This document shows, piece by piece, positions 40,168-49,993 of a stretch of DNA of 64,000 nt. Origin of the DNA: Patescibacteria group bacterium. Lineage in GTDB: Bacteria > Patescibacteriota > WWE3 > UBA101185 > UBA10185. The stretch covers positions 12,460 through 76,459 of the forward strand of contig BPJL01000007.1 of the NCBI GenBank assembly GCA_026004595.1, read 5' to 3'. Below the pieces are notes generated by a model. That model saw only the letters and a program-made list of their open reading frames with translations, made no database searches and was not told where the DNA came from. The first letter of the stretch is position 1, and each line of letters begins with the position of its first letter. The translations under genes and the position numbers were made by a program.

Positions 40168-41733
40168 TCAAGACTGTTTAACTGGGAATACTAGTGTTTT
40201 ATCGAATATAACCTCGTCGTGTGTTATCATTATCACGGTTGCATCAATGTCCTTTATTAGTCTTATAACCTTTTCTTTTGTTAGTTTGTCAAGCGATGAC
40301 GTCGGTTCATCAAGGATAAGAACTTTCATATCAGGGTTTAACACGGAATGAAGTATATGGATAAGCTGTTTCTGTCCTCCTGATAGTTCGTCAACGTTGG
40401 GTTCGTATTGTTTATCCAAAGGCACCAATTCGCCCAAGTCATATCTTTTTATTATCTCTTCTACCTTTTGTCTAAGGTTATCACCCTTTATCCCGAAGGT
40501 GATTATTTCGTATACGGTCTTTGAGAGAAGTACTCCGGGATTCTGTTTGGCTATGCTAACGGCAACGTTAATTGATTCCCTGTCCAACTCGTTCACGTTC
40601 TCTCCTCCCAAAAATATGTTTCCCGAAACGGGTTTAAGTTTTCCCCTAATAAGGTTGATAAAGGTAGACTTGCCTGATCCAACGTGACCGACTATGTTCA
40701 CCTTTTCCTTATCAGCTATGTAAGTACTATAGTTGTTAAAGATGATTTTATCACCGTAGCTAAAGGTAACATTAGAAAACAGTATTGAACCGTTTTTTAT
40801 GTCGACTTTTTTCTTTTCCTCTTTTTTGAAAAGTTCCTGTAAAAACTGTCTGTTGCTTTTTAGAATAGAAAACACCCTCAAAATTTTCGGTGTATAATAA
40901 CCCATGTCATAGAAAAAATTATACAGTCTTCCTATCACTACTATGTTTTTACCAAAACTATCCTGATCTATCTCTTTTTTTCTTAAAAGCCTTAGCATAT
41001 ACAATACTGTGAAGGCATAAAATAGTACTCCGGTTGAAATTCCAAGGCTTTGCTTTTTTCCATCGTTGTTCACTATTTTTAGTATTGAATCGCGGAAGTC
41101 TATTGTTACTTTGTCTACCTCTTCTTTTATTAGATCAACACCGTTGCGTGTTGATGTGATAAAATCAATGTTCTGAATTATGTTATCCACTGCTTTTAAC
41201 ATCACGTCTTTGTGTATTTCTAAGTTGTCATCTTTACTATTGATAAAATAGAGTATAATGGCAAAGATAACAAGGGAAGTGATAGTTTGTACCCAAATTT
41301 TATAGTTAAATTTAAATACTCGTATAAAAGCTACTACTGAAACAGCTATAAGAGGTATCATCTTAATAAAAACATAATAGAAAGCACTGTTTACCGAACT
41401 TGAAATCATCACGGCTTTGTCTATCGCTTCTGTCGGCGTGAAATCAACCATCTCTTTTTCAACTATTCTTTTTGCTATCTCTCTTAGAGTATGATTATAA
41501 AGCAGTGGTTCTATCTTGTTTCCAAAGTAGTTAGATGAAATATAAAACAGTTTTTGTATGACAACAACCGTCAGAAACTTTCTAACCGTTTTTTTGTTTA
41601 CGTTCTTTATCATGTCAACGAGATAGTTTGGTATAATCACGATATCAATAATGTTGGATATCGATGATAGAATCACGGTGCCATAGATAATGGTTTTATT
41701 TTGATTAACAAAGTCCAAAATAAGACTGTTCAT
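40168..41733 (-). CDS. ABC transporter, fused TMD-NBD half-transporter (exporter type)
   Basis: N-terminal TM helices; Walker A GHVGSGKST, signature LSGGQKQ, Walker B ILDEPTSSLD, H-loop ITH. Confidence 0.9.
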   Translation of the reverse strand: MNSLILDFVNQNKTIIYGTVILSSISNIIDIVIIPNYLVDMIKNVNKKTVRKFLTVVVIQKLFYISSNYFGNKIEPLLYNHTLREIAKRIVEKEMVDFTPTEAIDKAVMISSSVNSAFYYVFIKMIPLIAVSVVAFIRVFKFNYKIWVQTITSLVIFAIILYFINSKDDNLEIHKDVMLKAVDNIIQNIDFITSTRNGVDLIKEEVDKVTIDFRDSILKIVNNDGKKQSLGISTGVLFYAFTVLYMLRLLRKKEIDQDSFGKNIVVIGRLYNFFYDMGYYTPKILRVFSILKSNRQFLQELFKKEEKKKVDIKNGSILFSNVTFSYGDKIIFNNYSTYIADKEKVNIVGHVGSGKSTFINLIRGKLKPVSGNIFLGGENVNELDRESINVAVSIAKQNPGVLLSKTVYEIITFGIKGDNLRQKVEEIIKRYDLGELVPLDKQYEPNVDELSGGQKQLIHILHSVLNPDMKVLILDEPTSSLDKLTKEKVIRLIKDIDATVIMITHDEVIFDKTLVFPVKQS

Positions 41734-42398
41734 TTATTTATGGATACATTTGCATTAGGGTTTTTAGAACCACCTTTCTTGAACATTGGAACAATGATAA
41801 CAAGTAGAACAACAACAGCGATGATGACGGCTATCAAAGCAACCCCCGCCGCGAGTAGACTCACGTAAGTAGAACTTTGTGATGCTTTGTTGGAAATCGA
41901 CGAACTGGCAGCAGCTTTAGCTGTATTAACACTATTACAGGTTATATTTGATACTTCACCCTGTTGTCCTAAATCAAGGTCACCGTTATGGTTTACCAGT
42001 ATATAAGTATTGTTATCTTTTATGTTTTCTGATTCATTTTTGCAAGTTGCTGCCAAAAGCTGTGTGATTTTGTTTACTATTTTGGTATTTAGAAAAGTAA
42101 TTTGTTCAGCAGCGTTAACATCAAGACTTAGCCCAGAAAACACTTTTGAGTACTGTGTAGCAGTGTTATTTATTATGTCAGCTATGCTCGTTTGAAAAGA
42201 TGATTTAAAAAGACATGATGCATCATTTATGGTACAGCTCTGTGTTGCGTCCACGTTACCTGAGCCACCGATTATTATAACGGTGTTTCCATCCATTATG
42301 TTTCTGCAGGACATTTCACAGTACTGAACAGTTGCTTGAAGAATCTCAGTCATTGCAGAGTTTTCAATAAGTTGAGCCTGAACAAGAGCAAATCCCAT
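41730..42398 (-). CDS. L1R/F9-like myristoylated virion membrane protein
   Basis: MG start, spaced Cys residues (QYC..C, QSC..ASC, ATC, ITC), Asn/Ser/Thr-rich body and C-terminal TM helix. Confidence 0.75.
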   Translation of the reverse strand: MGFALVQAQLIENSAMTEILQATVQYCEMSCRNIMDGNTVIIIGGSGNVDATQSCTINDASCLFKSSFQTSIADIINNTATQYSKVFSGLSLDVNAAEQITFLNTKIVNKITQLLAATCKNESENIKDNNTYILVNHNGDLDLGQQGEVSNITCNSVNTAKAAASSSISNKASQSSTYVSLLAAGVALIAVIIAVVVLLVIIVPMFKKGGSKNPNANVSINK

Positions 42399-42415
42399 TT
42401 ACAATGAACTAAAAT

Positions 42416-43042
42416 TTAATCAAGATTGTATTCATCTTTAAGTTTCATTAGTTCCCTAACAAGTGCTTCGTTGTTTTTGATGTACTCTTCTATCAACTCT
42501 TCTAGACTGTGCTTTTCATAGACAAACTTAAACAGAATACCAAGAAGTGGAGAAGAAGCATTAAATATATTTCTTGCAGTGTAGTTGTTGACGATATCTA
42601 TGCTGGTAAAGCTGCTGGGAAAAAGCATTGATAAAATGTTCCACAGTTTAAGGTAAACTTTAGCAACGTGAGGGTGTATATAGAAACCCTTTTCGAATAT
42701 CTTGATCACGACCTGTTCTCTTGTTGTTAGGTTTATGGCGTTTCCGTTTTCATCAATGATGTAGTAGTGATTATCACCATAGACAACTATTCCTCCCGGT
42801 GAATAGGAGCTAACAGAGGCATACGGGTTTAAGATTGATATAGCCTTGATTAAAAAGCTGGCAGTGTTGATAACGTCTTTTACCATCGATTGTTTAAGCG
42901 AGGGATACAGCTTTTCTCCGTCAGTAAAGCAGTCCTTGCCGATGTACTCTTTTGGCATTGTTATTGACTTGTACTCTTTGCCAACTCTGTAGTATCCATA
43001 GAAGTTACCTTTAGTGTACTCAACATAATCAATCTTGTACAT
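42416..43042 (-). CDS. hypothetical protein
   Basis: 208-aa ORF with TTAAAATG start. Confidence 0.7.
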   Translation of the reverse strand: MYKIDYVEYTKGNFYGYYRVGKEYKSITMPKEYIGKDCFTDGEKLYPSLKQSMVKDVINTASFLIKAISILNPYASVSSYSPGGIVVYGDNHYYIIDENGNAINLTTREQVVIKIFEKGFYIHPHVAKVYLKLWNILSMLFPSSFTSIDIVNNYTARNIFNASSPLLGILFKFVYEKHSLEELIEEYIKNNEALVRELMKLKDEYNLD

Positions 43043-43051
43043 TTTAATTGA

Positions 43052-44341
43052 TTATATAACTATTTTATGGCCGTTTATTTCACTTATTGATATGTCTGGT
43101 TTTTCGTAGCCCAACCGAGGAGGGTAACTGTATCTAACACAGCTAAAGGGGTTCCAACGGGTTGTCCTGTATTCAATGTAATCACTGATGCTTTGCTTGT
43201 TTAGCTCAAAGTCAAACTCCACATTGTTTATATCAACCAGTTTAACATTTTTCACCTCTTCAAATACACAACTGTTAAGCTGTACGTTGTTCAGTCTTAG
43301 AACAGTTCCGTTAGACTTTAAAGCAAAAGTTGAATCGCCGTTATCAACTATGCTAATGTTAGTTTTGTTGTTAAGCATGTCTTCAACGTTTAAATTCTTC
43401 CAGACAATTGTGTCTTTGTCGGCTAGAAGAACACCGATTCTACCTCTTGAAAAAATGCCATAAAGACCCTCAACAAAAACGATGCTGTCACAGTGACCAG
43501 TACCTTTGTTTGTTAAGTTTTCTGTTGGTAAATCAAAGGTTAAATAACCCGAGTCAATCTTTATAATAAAGAACTTAATATCATCTCTGATGTAAAGGCC
43601 ATACTCAATACACTTTACTTTACCGTTGTCGTTGTATAGTGTTTTATCACGAATCGCCTCAGATATGTCAGTCGTTATTCCCTTTGTAGAACAGGCTTTT
43701 CCGCTGCACTCCATGTCAACAAAGTAGTACCCCACTTGAAAGTTCTCTGTTACTCTAGTGTGATCAACTAGACTGTAAAGCTCTGACCTGATGTTGTAGG
43801 GGGAAAAGTTTGTGTCACAGTCCCCAACCCATTCACCGCACTCTGGAAGGTCAGGTATACAGTCTGTTTCAACTGTTATTTTAACTCCCTCCTGGCAGTA
43901 GTAGACGCCGTTCGCAGGAAAACAGCCTTCGTGATAAGTGTCAAATATGCAACCGTTGTTGCCAACAAGGTCCTTTTTCACGCAGAACATTTCCCTAGTC
44001 ATCCTTCCCAGTTCGTATGGTCTAACACACACGTCATCGAACTTGCACTCTGAGAATGGAGAAGTCTTCCAAACGGTTCTTTGGCACCTTGGCAAACAGG
44101 ACACAATTTCGATTTTGTCTTTCATAAACCTTTGGTTGCCAAGAACACACCCATGCTTCTCTCTGCAAATATAGCCTATTTTCTTTTTGGAGTTTACATC
44201 AGTGCATGACTCGCCCTTACACTCGGTTTCAATTATGCTAATGTTATTTGAACCAGAAAAAAGTTCAAATCGGTAATAAAAAATCAGAAACACGGTTACA
44301 GTAATAGCAATTGCTAACGTGGTTAATTGAGTCTGAAACAT
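43052..44341 (-). CDS. membrane-anchored Cys-rich protein with a thrombospondin-type-1-like segment
   Basis: N-terminal TM; many Cys; WKTSPFSEC..C..GRMTREMFC resembles the TSP1 pattern. Confidence 0.65.
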   Translation of the reverse strand: MFQTQLTTLAIAITVTVFLIFYYRFELFSGSNNISIIETECKGESCTDVNSKKKIGYICREKHGCVLGNQRFMKDKIEIVSCLPRCQRTVWKTSPFSECKFDDVCVRPYELGRMTREMFCVKKDLVGNNGCIFDTYHEGCFPANGVYYCQEGVKITVETDCIPDLPECGEWVGDCDTNFSPYNIRSELYSLVDHTRVTENFQVGYYFVDMECSGKACSTKGITTDISEAIRDKTLYNDNGKVKCIEYGLYIRDDIKFFIIKIDSGYLTFDLPTENLTNKGTGHCDSIVFVEGLYGIFSRGRIGVLLADKDTIVWKNLNVEDMLNNKTNISIVDNGDSTFALKSNGTVLRLNNVQLNSCVFEEVKNVKLVDINNVEFDFELNKQSISDYIEYRTTRWNPFSCVRYSYPPRLGYEKPDISISEINGHKIVI

Positions 44342-44361
44342 AGTTTGTATATGATAAAAAA

Positions 44362-45273
44362 ATGTGGTATAGACTCAATGATCTTATCAACTCCATAGTT
44401 ATAACAAACAACACAATAATCGTTTCAAGACACCTTAATAAAATAAGCTTTCATTGGTTTGATAACTATGTTGATCTGTTTAGAAAGTTAAACAAAACCG
44501 AACCAAAAACCTTTTTTGAAGTGATTCTCGGTGATAGAAAACAGAAAGTTTACTTTGATATAGACCATGCTGATCTTAGCACTGATGGAAAACAGTTAAT
44601 AGAGAACATAAAGGTTTCCCTTCTACAACTTTTCCCTTTTATCAACCCAAACAAGATTTTAGTGTTTAGTTCCAACAAGGGAAAAGAGATTAAAAAGCTT
44701 TCTTATCACATAGTCGTTGATGGGTGGTGTGTTTCTAACAACTTGATAAACAAGGAAATAGCAAAAAGGATAAACAACGATGCAATTGACCTTTCAGTCT
44801 ATAAGTCAGTACAGCAGTTGAGAATACTATGGAACAGTAAATATGGAGATGACAGAGTTAAAATACTCGACCCGGTTTGCAATGAGAAAACAGACTATGA
44901 ACCACTTGAGCTGTTTAGCAGTTCACTTGTAACAAACGTTAACGATTGCTCGCTAATACCCTTTGAGCAGCCTGTTATAAAACAACCGGTTTTTAAGGTT
45001 GATAACATTAACGTGGAAAAGGCCTTAGATCTTCTATCAGAGTACCTTAAAACGGAAGATATGCCCTTTAAGTTCAGTAAAATAGTAAACAATTTAATTA
45101 TTCTTAGAAGAACAAGGTCTTTTTACTGTGAAAAGTGTGAAAGAGTTCATGACTCGGAAAACCCTTTCATAGCAATTATAAACGGAGACTATTACTATTT
45201 TTGTAGAAGAAATGTAAAGGGAGTAAAGCTCAATGATAGAAAAAAACTTTGGATGAAAGTGCTACTCAGTTAA
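44362..45273 (+). CDS. archaeo-eukaryotic primase, PrimPol/herpes-UL52-like
   Basis: FFEVI..QKVYFDID (DxD), SYHIVV, IDLSVY..QLRI..SK; C-terminal Zn finger CEKC..H.SEN..C. Confidence 0.85.
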   Translation: MWYRLNDLINSIVITNNTIIVSRHLNKISFHWFDNYVDLFRKLNKTEPKTFFEVILGDRKQKVYFDIDHADLSTDGKQLIENIKVSLLQLFPFINPNKILVFSSNKGKEIKKLSYHIVVDGWCVSNNLINKEIAKRINNDAIDLSVYKSVQQLRILWNSKYGDDRVKILDPVCNEKTDYEPLELFSSSLVTNVNDCSLIPFEQPVIKQPVFKVDNINVEKALDLLSEYLKTEDMPFKFSKIVNNLIILRRTRSFYCEKCERVHDSENPFIAIINGDYYYFCRRNVKGVKLNDRKKLWMKVLLS

Positions 45274-45275
45274 AA

Positions 45276-45527
45276 ATGAGTTCAAGGTTTTCGTTTCCAG
45301 AACAGAAAGATATACTGCACACAGAGACAGATGATCTTCACAGCTTTAAAAGCATAGTAAACATAGTACACATATTGAAGACTGTTGATGTGGAAAAGCT
45401 AGAGAAAAACGAGTACTCTTTTTACAAATTAAAAAAGATAGCAAAGATGCTTAATATGATAACCACATCCAATGATAAACGTTTGCTCTCAAGCAGATTA
45501 AAATTTAAGATCTCTTATCTAAAATGA
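45276..45527 (+). CDS. small hypothetical protein
   Basis: ATG 45276 in TAAAAATG context directly after the primase stop. Confidence 0.55.
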   Translation: MSSRFSFPEQKDILHTETDDLHSFKSIVNIVHILKTVDVEKLEKNEYSFYKLKKIAKMLNMITTSNDKRLLSSRLKFKISYLK

Positions 45528-45555
45528 GTACGTGATTAAAAGTAGCTTCTTAAAA

Positions 45556-47370
45556 ATGGAAACCAACATAAGAGAAGAATTAGAGAAACTTATACCAGAA
45601 ATCAGGTCCCCGATAAAAGAGATATCAGACCTGGCTAGAGAACAGATAATCGACAAACTAGCAATAATACTAAGTGATAACATTATGGACGATAAGTTAA
45701 AAAGACTTATCGTTACCTCTTTTTACAGGAGCAGAGCTGAGCCCGGTCATCATGTGGGAATAGAGGCATCAGAAGGTCTAGCCGGTCCAATGACACAGAT
45801 GACGCTATCCGGTTTTCATCAAGCCGGTTCCGCTGCTAACATTAGCTCCGGCATAGAAGCCCTAAAAGAGATACTTAACATCACCAAGAAAAGAAAGGCA
45901 GAAAGGACAACAATACACTTTAAAAACAGATACCTTTTACCCAACGAGATACTTGATCTAAAAAAAGAAATAGTAGGAGTGACAGTGAAAGACCTATTGA
46001 TTCAGTCGCCGAGAGACTTTTTGAACAAAGAAGAGGACAGTTGGTATGAAGCATTCAAAAGAATATTTTCAATAGAGTCCTTACCTCCAATATCAACACG
46101 GCTAAGACTAAACAGAAACAAGCTATTCGAATACGAGATAACAACGTATGAAATAATAGAAAAGATAAAGAAACAGTTTAAGGAGATAATTGCAATACCA
46201 TCTCCAATATCAGGTGAAAGTATCTATATTGACGTTTTTCCAACTGCTGAAGTTGTAAACAAGCACAGCAAAAAGCTTTCATCGGCGGGTAACCTGGAGG
46301 ATAAAATGCAACTCTTTCTTACTCAGGTGTTTAAACCGTCACTTGAGACAATAGTTATAAAGGGAATACCCGGAATAAGTGAAATCTTTCCAGAAACGGT
46401 AAGGGTTACCAAGATGATAAAAAACGTCTCAAGAAAAAACGACTGGTACATCTGGCTTGATAACATCAAGATGTTATACGGTGGGATCGATCGGGAAAGG
46501 GTTGCCGAGGTGATAGAAGCATCGGGAATAGAGATCGTAGAAACAATAAAAAGCGAGAAAATATGGATACCAATGGGCTTTAGGGTAAAGGCAGATGAAA
46601 ACCCATTAGAACTAATAAACAGAAGACTCAACGAGGAAGAGGAAAAACTAAGAGAAACGGGTGTGTCGTCTGACCTGTATAGAAAGGGAAATTACAGTTT
46701 TGTTTATGCTAACGGAAGTAACTTAAGAAAAGTTTTAACACACCCTTTAATAGACCCAAGAATTTCCATATGCAATAACATACTCGAAATAAACTCAGTA
46801 ATTGGTATACAGGCTGTTAACAACTTTATAATAAAAGACGTTTATGAGACAATAACCAACTCTTCGTCTTACTGTTCACCAAAACACATAGTACTTCTTG
46901 CAAACTTTATGACTGCGATAGGGTTGGTGCCGGTAACGTCAAGTGGTGTTTCAAAACACAACAGAGGTGCTTTCACCGATGCAACGTTTGAGCAGACAGT
47001 AGAGGCCTTTTTCAACGCAGCCTTAATAGGAAGATGGGAAGAAACAAGTGCAACATCAACGTCACTTTTCATAGGAGAGAGGGGAAGGTATGGAACGGGA
47101 ATATGCGAAGTTGAATTTGATGAAGAGGGAATGAAGGCGTTAGTCGGAGAAGAGAAAGAAACGGAAACCTTTAAAGAAGAGGTTACCGGAGCACAGATAA
47201 ACCCAGTCATTTTGGAGGAAAACGAAAACGACTATATATCAGAGAAGGTGATGCTTGAAACAAGCAAAGCAATGCTATTGGAACAACAGTCAGATGATGA
47301 GTCAGAAGACGTAGAAGAGATAGTAGACGAGAAGGTCATGAAACTAATCCAGGAACTTGCAAACGGCTAA
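45556..47370 (+). CDS. rpb1: RNA polymerase largest subunit, C-terminal half (RPB1-C / A''-like)
   Basis: EPGHHVGI.A..PMTQMTLSGFHQAG (trigger loop), G..LKEILN, IKGIPGI, NNILEI..VIGI.A, HIVLLANFMT, ATFE, GRYGTG; acidic tail, no heptad CTD. Confidence 0.92.
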   Translation: METNIREELEKLIPEIRSPIKEISDLAREQIIDKLAIILSDNIMDDKLKRLIVTSFYRSRAEPGHHVGIEASEGLAGPMTQMTLSGFHQAGSAANISSGIEALKEILNITKKRKAERTTIHFKNRYLLPNEILDLKKEIVGVTVKDLLIQSPRDFLNKEEDSWYEAFKRIFSIESLPPISTRLRLNRNKLFEYEITTYEIIEKIKKQFKEIIAIPSPISGESIYIDVFPTAEVVNKHSKKLSSAGNLEDKMQLFLTQVFKPSLETIVIKGIPGISEIFPETVRVTKMIKNVSRKNDWYIWLDNIKMLYGGIDRERVAEVIEASGIEIVETIKSEKIWIPMGFRVKADENPLELINRRLNEEEEKLRETGVSSDLYRKGNYSFVYANGSNLRKVLTHPLIDPRISICNNILEINSVIGIQAVNNFIIKDVYETITNSSSYCSPKHIVLLANFMTAIGLVPVTSSGVSKHNRGAFTDATFEQTVEAFFNAALIGRWEETSATSTSLFIGERGRYGTGICEVEFDEEGMKALVGEEKETETFKEEVTGAQINPVILEENENDYISEKVMLETSKAMLLEQQSDDESEDVEEIVDEKVMKLIQELANG

Positions 47371-47374
47371 GATT

Positions 47375-49993
47375 GCATGGTCAAAAACGCCAATATCCCG
47401 CTATAGCCCGTTAAACCCTTTCTAAAACAAATTTTGTTATCAATGATCAAAAAACGCTAAAAACATGCTTTTTTATCCCGATATCACCCGTTTTAAAAAG
47501 CATGTTTTCATAGCCACTAGATGATATATACTACTGTGTTTCGCAAAGCGTTTTAAAAGAAATAAGGCAAAAAACACACGTGAAGTGTCTGGTGATAAAT
47601 GGTCTTTGAGAAACATTTGATAGCTTTAAACTCTCAAACAAACTTTGATCAATTGTCTCACCGAGGCGTGTTTCGTTAAACACTTTCTAAAACAGTCTTT
47701 TAAATAATTGTTATCTATGATAAAACTTTGATCAAAAAATGCCAAAAACATACTTTTTTATCCTAGTTTATCCCGATGAGAAAAGCATGTTTTCATGACC
47801 ACTAGATGGTATATACTACTCACTTTTACGCAAGCGTTACAAGTTTTCTACAAAGAATTAAAATAAAAAACACACGGGATATAGTCGGGCTTAATCGGTT
47901 TTGGAAAATGCTTGTGATACTTTGAAAAACACTTGGTTATCAAACAAACGATTCACCGACGCATGTTTCGTTAAACACTTTCTAAAACAGTCTTTTAAAA
48001 AAATTGTTGTCAGTGATAAAACTTGATCAAAAAACACCAAAAACATGCTTTTTTATACCTGTTTATCCCGTTAAGAGCTAAAGCTATGGCCACTAGATGG
48101 TATTACTATGTTTCGCAAAGCGTAACAAGGTTTTTTATAAAAAATAAGATATAAATCACACATGATATAGCCGGTGATAATTAGTCTGTGAGACATGTTT
48201 GATAATCTTTAAACCCTTAAACAAACTTTGATCAAGTGTCTCACTGAGGCACGTTTCGATAAACACTTTCTAAAACAGTCTTTTTTAAAAAAACTATTCT
48301 CGTGATAAACTTTGATCAAAAAACGTTAAAAACATACTTTTTTATCCCAGTATATCCCGTTATAAAAAGCATGTTTTTATGGCCACTAGATGGTATATAC
48401 TGCTCACTTTTTACACAACTGTTCACAAAAAATAAGATATAAAACACACGGGATGTAGCTGGTGATAATTGGTCTTCGGGACACGTTTAGTGTGCTTTAA
48501 ACCCTTAAACAAACTTTGATCAAGTGTCTCACTGAGGCACGTTTCGATAAACACTTTCTAAAACAGTCTTTTTTAAAAAAACTATTCTCGTGATAAACTT
48601 TGATCAAAAAACGTTAAAAACATACTTTTTTATCCCAGTATATCCCGTTATAAAAAGCATGTTTTTATGGCCACTAGATGGTATATACTGCTCACTTTTT
48701 ACACAACTGTTCACAAAAAATAAGATATAAAACACACGGGATGTAGCTGGTGATAATTGGTCTTCGGGACACGTTTAGTGTGCTTTAAACCCTTAAACAA
48801 ACTTTGATCAAGTGTCTCACTGAGGCACTTTTCGATAAACACTTTCTAAAACAGTCTTTTTTAAAAAAACTATTCTCGTGATAAACTTTGATCAAAAAAC
48901 GTTAAAAACATACTTTTTTATCCCAGTATATCCCGTTATAAAAAGCATGTTTTTATGGCCACTAGATGGTATATACTGCTCACTTTTTACACAAACTGTT
49001 CACAAAAAATAATATAGAAAACACACGGGATGTAGCTGGTGATAATTGGTCTTCGGGACACGTTTAGTGTGCTTTAAACCCTTAAACAAACTTTGATCAA
49101 GTGTCTCACTGAGGCACGTTTCGATAAACACTTTCTAAAACAGTCTTTTTTAAAAAAACTATTCTCGTGATAAACTTTGATCAAAAAACGTTAAAAACAT
49201 ACTTTTTTATCCCAGTATATCCCGTTATAAAAAGCATGTTTTTATGGCCACTAGATGGTATATACTGCTCACTTTTTACACAAACTGTTCACAAAAAATA
49301 ATATAGAAAACACACGGGATATAGCTGGTGATAATTGGTCTTCGGGACACGTTTAGTGTGCTTTAAACCCTTAAACAAACTTTGATCAAGTGTCTCACTG
49401 AGGCACTTTTCGATAAACACTTTCTAAAACAGTCTTTTTTAAAAAAACTATTCTCGTGATAAACTTTGATCAAAAAACGCCAAAAACATACTTTTTTTAA
49501 CGGGATACACCGGGATAAAAAAGCATGTTTTTATGGCCACTAGATGGTATATACTGCTCACTTTTTACACAAACTGTTCACAAAAAATAAGATATAAATC
49601 ATACGGGATGTAGCCGGGCTTAATCGGTTTTGGAAAATGCTTGTGAACTTTAAACCAAACGTGCATCAAGTGATTCCGACGCATGTTTCGTTAAACAAGT
49701 TTCTAAAACATTTGTTGTCAGTCATAAAACTTGATCAAAAAACGTTAAAAACATGCTTTTTTATCCCAATATCACCCGTTGTAAAAAGCATGTTTTCATA
49801 GCCGCTAGATGGTATATACTACTCGTTTTTACGCAAGCGTTAACAAAAAATTAAAATAAAATTACACGGGATATAGTCGGGCTTAATTGGTTTTCGGGAC
49901 ATGCTTGATTTTACCGAAATGTTTTGTTAAACCCTTTCTAAAACATACTTTTTATCCCTTTATCACCCGTTGAAAGAAGCATGTTTTTATGGC
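47375..49993 (-). repeat. tandem repeat array 3: ~9-10 copies of the ~288-bp unit, reverse orientation
   Basis: Anchor at ~47514, 47798, 48088, 48381, 48669, 48957, 49246, 49535 and 49801; central units near-identical. Confidence 0.96.
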
